From positions 1 to 48,119 of the forward strand of contig CBFFRQ010000210.1 in assembly GCA_965644315.1 (NCBI GenBank): DNA of 48,119 nt. Direction: 5' to 3'. This DNA comes from Caecitellus pseudoparvulus (lineage: Eukaryota > Protista > Bigyra: Bicosoecida). The position numbers and the translations under genes were made by a program. The notes under the pieces were generated by a model that ran no database searches, was not told where the DNA came from, and saw nothing but the letters and a program-made list of their open reading frames with translations. Shown here in pieces: positions 19,211 to 29,900 of this stretch. The first letter of the stretch is position 1; every line of letters starts with the position of its first letter.

Positions 19211-20030
19211 TCATCGGTCAGAGGGCGGGGCCAGGGTGCCCGCTGATTGGATGGTGATGTCCACTGCCGGGCGACCGTTGACTTGCAGGACGGCTGCAGC
19301 AGCCTCCACCGCCTCCAGTCCGGCCGTCACGCGCCCGAAGACGACGTGCCTCGCGTCGAGGTGTGGCGCTGGCGCGGTGGAAATGAAGAAGACAGAGGTG
19401 GCGCTGTCCACGCCGCTGTTGGCCATGCTGATGGTGCCGGCCTCGCTGTGGCGCCCCACGAAGTTCTCGTCGGCCAGCGGCTTGCCAGAGGCGCTGCGCC
19501 CGCCACGGCCCGTGCCGAGCAGGTAGTCCCCGCCGAGAATGCCGAAGCCGCGTCGGACCTTGTGGATGGAGCTGCCAATGTAGCCATTTTTGTCCTGCGC
19601 GCTGCCTTTGCACAGCTGGGCAGAGGGGGCGGCGCAGGGCGTGAACGCGGCGGCCTGCCTGTGTGCGGAAATAGCGCCAGCCTCACCTGCAGGAAGTTCT
19701 CCACCGTCTCGGGCACAACGTCATCCTGAGGGAGAGGGGTAGACGGTAGACATGCGGAAGCTATTGGACTGGGCAAGCATGCGCCCTGCAGGCCGCCTGA
19801 CGCACTGCCAGCTCCAGCTCTATCCTGGCTGGCTTGGCAGCGTCTCCAATCTGCAGGTCCAGGTATGCGCGCGTCCTAGACACGCCCTGCGCCGGCTCCG
19901 GAAGGGCCGGGACAGTCCCTGCAGAGGCCGCTGCCTCCTGTGCCTTGAGCGCGGCGTAGTAGTAGCCCAGGCCCTTGCTACGCCTGCGCCCGACCAGGCC
20001 GGCGGCAGGGCGTGCCGCTCTCGCCCACAT
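19211..20030 (-). CDS. Cyclophilin-type PPIase-like protein with probable mitochondrial presequence, spliced (2 introns)
   Basis: AYLDLQIG...RIELELA/DDVVPETVENFLQ/LCKG...GGD...DENF...ISMANSG...FFI...HLDARHVVFGRVTAG. Arg-rich, acid-free N-terminus MWARAARPAAGLVGRRRSK. Introns GTGCGT..CAG (about 19805-19726) and GTGAGG..CAG (about 19686-19616). Confidence 0.88.
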
Positions 20031-20204
20031 GCTGCTCGAAGGGTGGTGGCCAACACCTCAGGGGTGGACGTCAGGAGGGCACTGCGTGTACAACCCTGCA
20101 AATCATTTTACCACCTACTCTCGACTTGTGCCCTGCCACTTCACGCACGCTCCACTCAGTGCTTTGGGCTGTGCAGGGGTGTTCTGTGAACCAATTACCG
20201 CAGC

Positions 20205-22247
20205 ATGGCTGCAGCCTTGACCCTGCCGCGTGGCGGCGACATTCGCGATGCCGTGCGCAAGGCCTTGGATGCAGTGGAAACGTCTGAAGCCGTCATGAAT
20301 GCCGTGGCCACGACGGGCCACGTGTTGGCTTGTTGCGCCGTCAAGGACTTGCCTGAAGCGCTGTCCAGTGCTGGCGCCGCAGGGCTCCGCATGCTGAGTG
20401 CGCCGACGGCCCTGGCCCAGGCAGCTGGGCTGCGCATGGTGCAGCTGATGGCTGCTGGCATTCGGCGGGGTGGCGGGGAGGGCGCCCTGGACTCGCGCGA
20501 GGCCAAGCGACTCTCAACTGCGCTGCTGGCTGCAGGCTCGGCAGCTGCCCAAGCAGGCTCACCTGCCCAGCTGGCACTTGCACTGCTCACCCTGAGAGCG
20601 TGGGTGAGGGTGGAGCCCCACGGTATTTGCAACCAAGACTCCGTTGTGCCCGTGCTGGGCCAGCTGTTGCTGGTTGCCAGGGAGTCAACCTGTCTGCCGG
20701 ACGCTGCTGCGTTCGCTGCGGAAGTGCTCCTGAGGCGTTTCGGCCGCAGCCGCACTGAGGGGGAGCACCACCCTGTCGTATGGCTGGTGTGGGATGTTGT
20801 GGCGCTGACGGGGACAGAGGCGGCCCACCTGAGTGCCCTGTGGGGGGGCGTTTCCGTGGAAAACGCATCACCAGGCACCCTGCATGCCGCGGCAGCAGTG
20901 CTGCTGGCGACAACTCAGGCGTCAGTGGGCAGTGTGGCGCTCCCCCTGAAGCCTCTCGTGGCCGCGTTGCGGGGCGTGCAGGGGAGCATGGCTGATGCGT
21001 TGGCAGCCGTGCCTTCCTCTGGTGCGTTGACGGGGGCAGGTGCCGCGGCACTTGCCGAGCTGGGGTCAGCCACAGAAACCTACACGAGTCTGCTGACATT
21101 GCTGGCTGGTGTGGTGGCAGTGACTCCCTGCCCGACTGCTGCGTTGCTGGAGGCCGCCGCCCTGGTCGCGGCAGTGTCTGATGCATTGCGTTTGAATGCC
21201 GCCCTGGTCAGTTGTGCTGACACCACTCCCAGCTCAGACCTGCCGTCTGTGGTTGGCGGCGTGACGCTCGCCACTGGTGACTTTACCACGGCTGTACTGG
21301 CCAGTCTCCGCAGCAGCTGCTGTAAGGCGTTGCAGGGGCCGCTGTTGGGGTGGGTGGGCGGCTTGGTCGGCAGCGCAGCACACGCGTTGACTCCCGCCAC
21401 CTGTCCCCCGCCTGGCTACGCCGCTCCCCACAAGGCTGGCAGGGGGGTCAAGCGGGGCCGAGGGGGGGGTCAGCCGTCCTCTGCCGCCACGCTGGAGGCA
21501 GCCCGGCAACCCACCTCCCGCACTGTGAGTGACTTTGGCCAGGACTACATCGCACTGGACGACGTGGCGCCGCCCACCACTGCCGTGGCGGCAGTGGCTG
21601 CGGCAGGGTACAGTGGCACGCCAGCTGCTGCGTTGCTGCTGCCCGTGACTCCGCTGCCCTTCCCTGGCGCACACACAGCACCCCAGCAGCCGCTGCAGGC
21701 TGTGTCGCTTGTGTTGGACCGGGCTGTCGCAGTGTGGGGCCCAGCCATGTCGCTGCCGTTGACTCACCCCACTGCTGCGTTGGCGCTGCGCCTGGTGGGT
21801 GCAGCACACGCCAATGCGCGTTTCTTGCCTCACGCGCTGCACACTGCTCACGGTGCGGTGGGCGCGTGGGGTGCGCTGAAGCGCGCCGCACAGAGCATCC
21901 TAGTCGCTGCCCAAGTGCAGGGTGCGTCGCCACAGGCCGTGTTGGAGACTTCCAAGTCGCAGCGGCGCCTTGCGTTGGAAGCAGTTGCCGCTGCAGTGCC
22001 CACAGCAGCCCCCGCCACGGCCCAAGATGCCGGCACTGGCCTGGGCCACACACCCGTGCACAGCGCCGCAGCAGACGTGGCACCTGACACGGAGGCTGAG
22101 GAAGGCGAGGACTATGACCCAGGTGAGGCGTTGGCAACGCAGCAAGCGGCGGGTGCGACTGCGCCGTCGCCTGCCCAGGCCGCCGGCGACGCTGACTCTG
22201 CCGCAGAAGACAGTGACGACGACGAGGAGCTGCCAGACATTGTGTAG
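20205..22247 (+). CDS. Ala/Leu-rich helical protein with acidic C-terminus; possible PELP1/Rix1-like ribosome biogenesis factor
   Basis: 680-aa ORF from ATG, helical-repeat-like composition, basic NLS-like patch GRGVKRGR, ends DSDDDEELPDIV, reminiscent of PELP1/Rix1 C-termini. The family call is tentative. Confidence 0.5.
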   Translation: MAAALTLPRGGDIRDAVRKALDAVETSEAVMNAVATTGHVLACCAVKDLPEALSSAGAAGLRMLSAPTALAQAAGLRMVQLMAAGIRRGGGEGALDSREAKRLSTALLAAGSAAAQAGSPAQLALALLTLRAWVRVEPHGICNQDSVVPVLGQLLLVARESTCLPDAAAFAAEVLLRRFGRSRTEGEHHPVVWLVWDVVALTGTEAAHLSALWGGVSVENASPGTLHAAAAVLLATTQASVGSVALPLKPLVAALRGVQGSMADALAAVPSSGALTGAGAAALAELGSATETYTSLLTLLAGVVAVTPCPTAALLEAAALVAAVSDALRLNAALVSCADTTPSSDLPSVVGGVTLATGDFTTAVLASLRSSCCKALQGPLLGWVGGLVGSAAHALTPATCPPPGYAAPHKAGRGVKRGRGGGQPSSAATLEAARQPTSRTVSDFGQDYIALDDVAPPTTAVAAVAAAGYSGTPAAALLLPVTPLPFPGAHTAPQQPLQAVSLVLDRAVAVWGPAMSLPLTHPTAALALRLVGAAHANARFLPHALHTAHGAVGAWGALKRAAQSILVAAQVQGASPQAVLETSKSQRRLALEAVAAAVPTAAPATAQDAGTGLGHTPVHSAAADVAPDTEAEEGEDYDPGEALATQQAAGATAPSPAQAAGDADSAAEDSDDDEELPDIV

Positions 22248-22301
22248 GCTACAATTTCGGCAAAACAATGCATTGCGCCAGAGCTGGCAGGGCACACACC
22301 T

Positions 22302-23735
22302 TCACATGTACGCATCTGCTGCGATGAGAGGGTCCCGGTTGGTGCGCGCAAAGGCCCGCTGCGCAGCAACGCGGCTGACACGCGCGCCCTGCCGCTTGGT
22401 CAACACGCCTTCCTTGGCCTCCTCCACATCGGCGTCCCCTGCCAAATTCGTCGTGGCTGCCTTCGCCTCTGCAGCGCGGTACTTGCCGCCTTCGTGTGCA
22501 AACGCCGCCTGTTTGGCCAGCATTTGAGCGCCCTGGTAGGCCGCCACCTTGCGTGCCTCGCGCCGCGCATCCGCCGCGACCTTCGCGTCTGCGGCCTGCA
22601 GCGCGTCAATCTTCGCCTGCCATGCAGCAGCTTGCTCTGCCCGTTCACGGCGCTCGCGCTCCTTGGCCTCGGCGCGCCGTCGCAGTTGGCTTTGGCGTGA
22701 CGCGTGCGTTGCAGCGTCCAGCGCCGACTTCTGCTCCGCTTTGGCTTCCTCCACAGCAGCGGTGCGCGCCGCCGCTGCGGCTTGCTGGGCTTCCAATCGG
22801 GCAGCTTCGTCTGACATTTGTGCCATGAACTGCTCAGCGACGACTTTCCCAATGTGCTCCGCGCGCTGCGCTGCCTCGCGGCGTTTCATCTCGCGGAAGT
22901 CAGCGCGGCGTTTCTCCTGCCGCTCCGCTTCCTTGGCCACTGCATCCAACTTCGCGAGTTCCTCCGCCTCGGCCTGCTTCGCAGCCACCCGCGCAGACGC
23001 CAAGGCTGCGTTTGCTGCCTGTTGTTCTGCGTTTCGCTTGCGCCCCTCGGCGATGCGCTGCCGCTCCGCTTCCTCTGCTTGCGCCGCCTGCTGCTCAGCT
23101 TCCGCACGCAGCTTGGCACCTTCCGCCGCCACTGCGTCCAGCTCTGCAAGCCGCGCAGACTGCGCCTGCTGCACCTGCACCTGCAAGTCAGCAGCAATGC
23201 TGGCCCGTTTCGCCGCCGCAGCGGCCTTGGCCTCTGCTTCTGCCTCCTCTGCTGCCCGAATGCTCTGCATCATGCTCTCGTGCTGGGCTCGCTCCGCTGC
23301 CGCCTCCAACTCCGCGCGGCGTTTCTTCAGCGCCAGCTGCCGCTCCCGCACCTGCAGCATGTCTGTCGTGTAGTCCTGCGCTGCCACGACCTTGCGCTGG
23401 GCCGTCTGCTGCAGCAGCTTCATGCGTGCCTCTCGCAGCACCTTGACCTTCTCGGCGTTTCGGATGCGCTCCTCCTGCGCATCGCGCCGCTGGGCCTCTG
23501 CCTCCAGCGCAGCCAGGCGGTCCACGCGCGCCTGCTGCTTCGCCTTGCGCAGACCAGCCAGGGTGTTGCCCCACTTGGCCGCGCGCTGCGTTGACCGCGC
23601 CTTGCGGTCTGCTGCCCGGGTGCTCTCAAAGCTCGTGCTCGCACCACCGCGCACGACTGTGGCACCCGCGCCAGTCAGTGCGCGGCGCGTCATGGCTTGC
23701 AAGTCACTGGCACGAATAATGGTGGGTGCTGCCAT
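22302..23735 (-). CDS. CFAP210: Cilia/flagella coiled-coil microtubule inner protein, TPH-domain, CFAP210 (CCDC173)-like
   Basis: All-helical E/R/A/Q-rich coiled coil with N-terminal motif RKARSTQRAAKWGNTLAGLRKAK, similar to the S..R...W.NT motif of FAP210/CCDC173. First ATG at 23735. Confidence 0.62.
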   Translation of the reverse strand: MAAPTIIRASDLQAMTRRALTGAGATVVRGGASTSFESTRAADRKARSTQRAAKWGNTLAGLRKAKQQARVDRLAALEAEAQRRDAQEERIRNAEKVKVLREARMKLLQQTAQRKVVAAQDYTTDMLQVRERQLALKKRRAELEAAAERAQHESMMQSIRAAEEAEAEAKAAAAAKRASIAADLQVQVQQAQSARLAELDAVAAEGAKLRAEAEQQAAQAEEAERQRIAEGRKRNAEQQAANAALASARVAAKQAEAEELAKLDAVAKEAERQEKRRADFREMKRREAAQRAEHIGKVVAEQFMAQMSDEAARLEAQQAAAAARTAAVEEAKAEQKSALDAATHASRQSQLRRRAEAKERERRERAEQAAAWQAKIDALQAADAKVAADARREARKVAAYQGAQMLAKQAAFAHEGGKYRAAEAKAATTNLAGDADVEEAKEGVLTKRQGARVSRVAAQRAFARTNRDPLIAADAYM

Positions 23736-24224
23736 GGTGGCGTGCACTTGCGGTGTGTGGCTCCTCCTGGTTTGAGCGCGCGGCGCGCCGAGGGGCGGCT
23801 GCGGAAATTGAAAGCACGCACGACCTCACAGCGACCCTCAACCACTCGCTGCCGCAGATGTGCGCAGCGGCAGTGTGACTTGCTCAGGGACTAGAACGTT
23901 CAAGCGCTTGAGTCGCCGTTGCGCGTGAGGTCATAGGCCGGGATATAATTTTGAGGATAACGTTGTGAAGTACATGTTTGTGGGGCGGCCGGGGCTGCAG
24001 CTTTGGCACTTGGTGTATGTCAATCTTGCTCATTGGCTTTTGAATTCCAATCATTCGCCACTCTCGGCGCTACGCAAATTGCAGACCACCAGGTGCAAAA
24101 ACTACACTGGCCGCCGCATGCTCAACTGCTCCCGGGCAGCGTCTGGCAGTCTCTGTTGAGTGGGGTGTGCGTTTCGCATTGGTGAAACTCCACGTGCAGG
24201 GCTGCCGCGGGGTCGTGGGCCACC

Positions 24225-25706
24225 ATGGCGGAGGCATGCCCGGACAAAGCAGACTGCCCTTTTGCCTTTACGTACCAGAATCTCGCGTCGGTGATTCGGG
24301 GGTCCCGCGTTTCTTCCGAAGGCGCTAGCATGTGGGAAATGCGCCTGCCTAACCGCCAGCTTCGCATGACTGCGCCAGTGAACGCCTGTGTTGCGCTGCG
24401 GGAAGGCTTCAAGTGGCCCGCCTCGCAGCCCGCCCTATCGCTTGCAGTGCTGGCCAAGGCAGTGCCGGTGTCCAGCCACCTCGCCTCAGTGCCCTTCGAG
24501 CATGTCGGGGTGCGTTTCGGCGCCTGGCGCTGGCGCACCCTTCACCTTGGCGGCGAGAGCACTCCCCGGCAACCCGCCCCCTGCCCCCGCAGTACCTGTC
24601 GCCCACCTGTGGCTCTGTCTTCTTCAACGTCAACGCACACACCATGACAGACGCCTTCCGTGTGTTCGTGCGGGTCAACGTGTCAACGGGGACTCCGAAA
24701 CGCAGAGACCCCCACGCGACCCAGGCACAGCCAGCACCCGCCCCAGCACCCCCTCTCACACCCACACCCCCCCTAGCACCCGCACCCGCACCCGCCCCAA
24801 AATCGGAAAAGCAACCTGCCACCCAAGGCTCCGCACCTGCCGCGGCGGGGTCCGGGGGGGGGGACACCGGCGCCTTCGCCTCCCCCCCCCGCACACCCCA
24901 AGTCTCCACCATGGTCACCGCCTCCACGCCGGCGGGGGGCCACTCCACGGGTGTCCGGGGGCACGCCTTCGCCACCATGGACTGGCACCCCCCCCCCTTC
25001 GCGGAGGCCTCCTTCACATCCCTGCCGCTGTCCGATCTGCCTGCTGCCGCCCAGAGCCACGCCACGGAGGCCGTGCGACTGCTCATCTCCGCCATGCCCC
25101 GCCCGCAGCGACGGGGCAGCAAGTGCGTGGCCATGCGCGGCATCACCTCCACATCACTCCCGCATCACCCCCCATCACCCGCCACCACAGCGCTGCGAGA
25201 CTGGTGAACCCCCTGGCGTCGCTGTACGTGGGCGACACTGGCCTGGACAGACTGTTCATGTTCTTGGACAGCATGTTGCAGAAGTGCATTGCCTTGGCCG
25301 TCTGTGCGTGCTGCGTTGCCGACGGCGCAGTGGCCCGCACCCTCATGCCGAAACACCCCCCCCCCCTTCAGCGATGGAGGCCACTCGGACGGACTTGCAC
25401 AGCGCAGTGAACGCCTGCGAGAGCGCATTGGATGCGTTGCTAACGCATGTGCAGACGGTGTTCTTTGATTCGGTCGTCACTAGCGACGTGGAGCTGAAGG
25501 CCGAGCGACGCCGCCTGAACAAGAAAGTGCAGAGTGTGCGGGACAAGTGCGTAGCAAATGCTTGGTGCGGGCTGCTGTGCGCAGCGTGCACGCCGTGTTC
25601 GCTGTCGCTGTGCCGCAGGTTTGTCGCGTACGGCACTGCCATGCTGTCAAGCGGCAGGCCCGAACAGCTGCGTCTGCGGGACATGCCCACTTCGCCGTCC
25701 TTCTGA
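24225..25706 (+). CDS. Hypothetical spliced protein with Pro/Ala linker and possible C-terminal BAG-like helical bundle
   Basis: Overlapping ORFs joinable through GTGCG..CAG introns (about 24510-24592, 25123-25190, 25286-25371, 25546-25618; boundaries approximate). C-terminal LDALLTHVQTVFFDSVVTSDVELKAERRRLNKKVQSVRDK. Confidence 0.5.
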
Positions 25707-25790
25707 GCACGCAGCGGGCGCGGCAGAGGGGGGAGGGTCTGGGAAAAGCGCCAGCACCCGAGGGACGCACACACCATGACATTCGCTGCA

Positions 25791-26515
25791 TTACTTGGGC
25801 AGGGCGGGGAAGGGAGCGGCGTCTTTGTAGCATCGCTTGAACACGGACCCGATGACGAAGTCCACGTCCTCCCCCGCACAGGCCCCCGTGAGCTCGATGC
25901 TGAGCTTGGCGCGGCGCTTGACACAGGCACGCTGCTGCCCCCGCAGGCCGAAGATGCCCCGCCCCCACTCCGCGTCCCACCTGCAGTCTCCGCTCAGGTT
26001 CGCTGCTCGAATTTCCGTGCAGGCGAGGTGGCGGCATGAGGTGTAGTCCATGTCCACGCGGCAGTGGTCGAAGGCGTGCACCAACTCGTGCATGAGCGTG
26101 CGCTGGACCGTCTTGAAGTTGTTCGTGTGCAGGCTGTTCAGCACCACCCGGTTCTCCGCTGGTACGAAGGTGCCGAGGGAGGGCACGCTGGGCATGGGCG
26201 CGCACCGCACGAAGGCTTGGGGCAGGCCACACCCCCGGGAATCCATATCCTTCAGCAAGAAGTTGATGGCAGGCGCTGTGAAGGGCAGGTAATCGTTACA
26301 AGTGCTTGCAGCTCAGTCACGTGCGGGCGCCAGGCGGGGACGGTGCCAGGCTGGGGCCCCTGCGGAATTTGATCCCACGCACACTTTTCAAGCACGCGCT
26401 CAGCCATGCCCATGCAGCGCTGCTGCTCGTGGGCATACTTCTGCAAGAGGGAGGCATTGTCCAAATCGGCACGCGCACTGTCGGCCCCCGAAGCAGCGCC
26501 TGAAGCTGCCGCCAT
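25791..26515 (-). CDS. ATP23: Mitochondrial inner membrane metalloprotease ATP23 (peptidase M76), spliced (1 intron)
   Basis: TLMHELVHAFDHCR (HExxH), CRHLACTEIRAANLSGDC, CVKRRAKLS, VFKRCYKDAAPF. Upstream exon MAAASG...RCMGMAERVLEK joined by an intron at about 26382-26276. Confidence 0.93.
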
Positions 26516-26967
26516 GACCTGCTGGTCGGCACAATACGCAGGCTCGGCCAGCAAGCTGGCTGCGCTGGAGCAGACACAGCCGGCTCCTCAGAACAGGCAG
26601 AGTGTGCGGTCTGAAAAGGCGAGCAGTCTTTGCAGAGCCTGTGGGGCTTCGAGGGGTGATTGCAAGCCTGTAATTGCCTCTGGTCTGTGACTTTTTGCTG
26701 CCGCTGCCTTTTGCATCCGACGAAGCTGCCTAAAGCAGCCGCCCACCAACAGCCGACGGGGGCAGGGCGCAAGTGAAGCACCACAACTTTTGCCAGTGGC
26801 ACAAAATAGTATTCCACCCTACTTTCCTGCGCCTCTCCTGGCAGCTCTCCACGTGGGGCAGGCACAGGCGCACCCCCCTTGCACATGAAGCAGAAAGTGC
26901 ACTGCAGCTGCACTTCACCACGCCATCTTGAAGTGGCGAGAGTGACCTTGCACGGCTGCCTGGGACC

Positions 26968-29900
26968 ATGAGCACAAGCCCACGCACTGGACATGACGCT
27001 GTAGAAAGCGAAGCCGACCGAGAAGCGGCGGCTGCTGCCGCAGCGGCCGAGCGCTCTGCGAGTTTGTGGGGGCGTTTCAACACGGCCAAGCGGCGTTACG
27101 TGGCTGCAGTGCAAGGTTTGCCGCTGCTGGCACGAGTGGCGCCAGGAGTGCTGCCTGCCACTGTGCCAGCAGCCGCACCCACAAAGGGGAAGGTGAACGT
27201 GACACTCTTCTCCTCCATCACCCGTCCGGAAATGGAGGCCATCACAGAGTTCCGAGTGGCTCGCTCAGCCATCGCGTCGGCACACCGGGCGCTGGTGCGA
27301 GGGGGCGAGGCGGCGCCGGCCAAGGTGTCCCTGGAGGAAGTCCTGGGGGTGCCCCTGCCCCCCCCTCCTGCCCGAATGGCATACCGCATGGCCAACGTGT
27401 CTGCCCCCCTCATGCACTGCATGTTCACGGCTCACGGCTTCAAGCCCAGCGGCAACGGGGCCTCCACATTCGGCGGGGAGGCGGCACCCACCTCCGGAGC
27501 CATGGACTGGCACGCCATGTGGGTGTCGTCGTTTTTGAAGTCCTACGCCTTTCAAGCCCTGCGCCCGGGGCAGGTGGTGAACCAGTTCCCCCGCACCTAC
27601 GAAGTCACCCGAAAAGACACACTGGCCCGCAACATCATGCGCATGCAGGAACTGCACGGCGACCGCCACTTCGCCTTCCTCCCAGCCACATACGTGCTGC
27701 CGGCTGACGCGGCAGCCTTCAACGCCGCCTGTGCACGGGACCCCGACACTGCCTGGATCGTGAAACCCGCTGCCTCCAGCAAAGGCAAAGGCATCTACAT
27801 CGCGCGCTGCCCAGAGGGGTACACGCAGAGGGACCTGGCGCCGGGGCCGACGACCCCCCCCGATACCCCCTCCAGCACACCCCCGACCCCCCCCCCTGAC
27901 GCCCGTCGCCCGGCCGTGTCCCCCCTGGCCCTGGCTGCAGCCCAGGCGGCGGCGGCGGCAGCACGCAGTGCTGGGGAGGACCCCGCCCAGTCGGGCACGG
28001 GGTCGCTATCTGAGGTCGTGAACACGGCGCGCGCCAGCAACAGTGGCTACCGCGTGTCCACCGCCACCATGGGCGGACCCGAGTTCTTCACGGCTGCCAA
28101 CCGGCGCGGCATGAAACGCACCCCAGCGCACCAGGCACTGCCCTCTGCTCCTGGCATGCCCCCTGGCAGCCCTGGCACGGCTGCAGCACCCCTTCTGGGG
28201 GAGGGCGTGGCCAGGGCGGTGGCGGCGGCTGCCGCAGAGGGGTTGCAGGGGGGCGTCGAAGACAACTGCATCGTGAGCCGTTACATCGACGAGCCGGCCC
28301 TCGTGGACGGTTTCAAGTACGACCTGCGCGTGTATGCGGCAGTGACGTCATTCTGCCCGCTCAAGGTGTACATTCACAAGGAAGGCCTGGCGCGTTTCGC
28401 GACGGAGCGGTACACGCCCGACCCCGCCCAGTACCAGAACAAGTTCGTGCACCTGACAAACTACTCCCTGAACAAAGCCTCGTCCAAGTACCAGGCAGGG
28501 GACGGCGCAGAGGGCGCGGGGCACAAGTGGACGCTGTCTGCGCTGCTGGCGCGACTGCTGCGAGACGGCGTGGACGTGGACGCGATGTGGGGTCGTGTGG
28601 AGGAGCTCATCGTGAAAACGCTCCTGTCCATCGAAGGCAACGTCACCGCCGCCGTGAACATGTTCGTGCCCTGCCCAGCCACGAACTGCTTCCAGCTCTT
28701 CGGCTTCGACGTCATGATGGACGCAGAGTTGAACCCGTGGCTGCTGGAGGTGAACTTCTCGCCCTCCCTGGCCACTGACTCAGACCTGGACCTGCGAGTC
28801 AAGAGCCAGGTGCTGGCGGACACGCTGAACTTGGTGGGCATGCCCACAGCCACCCCCCCTACACCCCCCTTCACCCGCGGCCGCAGCAAACGACGCGGAC
28901 GCCGAGCAACCCAGCCCCCCCCAAGCAAGCCCGTGGAAGCCCCCCCCACACCCCCCTGCATCTTCCCCGCAGCCCCCTCCTCCTCCTCCCCCACAGCGCA
29001 GCGGGGCGTGCCGAAGTTGACTCTGTCTGGAGTGGGCAGCAGGGCGCAGGGGGGGTCAGGGGGACGCACAGCCCCCTCGCAGCCAGCGGCGCTGGCGGCG
29101 TATGCCGGAGGGGGGGTGGACGCCCCCCCTCGCCCCGCCCACTCACGCAGACGCCTTCTGCGCAATCATGAGCGCGCACGCGCCCTGGCCCGGTCTGCCA
29201 GTACACGCCGTGGGAGGGGGGGGGGGCACAAGGCCCCTGCAGACGGCCACGGCCTGTCTGGGCATGAGAGGCCTGCTGTAGATCCCGCAGAGGAGGAGGA
29301 GGAGGGGCCTGAGGAGGAGGAGGAGGAGGTGGGGGGAGATGCCCAAGAGGCGTTGGCCCTGGCAGCTGCCTTGAACGGGGGAGACCAGGCTGCGCCCAGC
29401 ACCGCACCTGTGGCAAGTGACGCGCCCGGGCCGCCCTCCACGGCGGAACACATGCGGTGGCTGCGAGCGTTCTACGCGGAACACTTCCCCCTGGAGGTCA
29501 CGCTGCCCACGCTCGCCTGGGCCTCTCACGGGGCCCGGGTGTGGTCGGTGCTGCGGGAAGCACACCCACCGGCCTTTGCCTCCTTCACGGCGAAATACGC
29601 AGCCTGCCTGCCCAGCACCATTGCACACCCACCAGCTCCATCTGCCGCCTTCCCCACGCCGCTGCCCCTGCCTGGCACCGCTGCTCATGCCCTGCAGGCG
29701 GCGGCGTCCAGCTCCCCCCCCCGCATGCTGCCTGCGTCAGTTGACGGCCTGGATGCCACGACTGCTGAGGACTTCGGTACCGCAGTGGCAGCTGGAGAGT
29801 ATGGGGCTGTGCAGGTATTCTTGGAACGCGTGCAGCTGGCCAGTGAGCCGCACAAAGTGCCGGAACGGGTGCGGCGAGCCCTCATTCAGGATCTCTCCGA

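Noticed and set aside
18580-29230. Frequent poly-C/poly-G runs as G-quadruplex or frameshift signals
   Set aside because: They lie in introns or Pro/Gly codon runs with reading frames intact, so there is no evidence of function.
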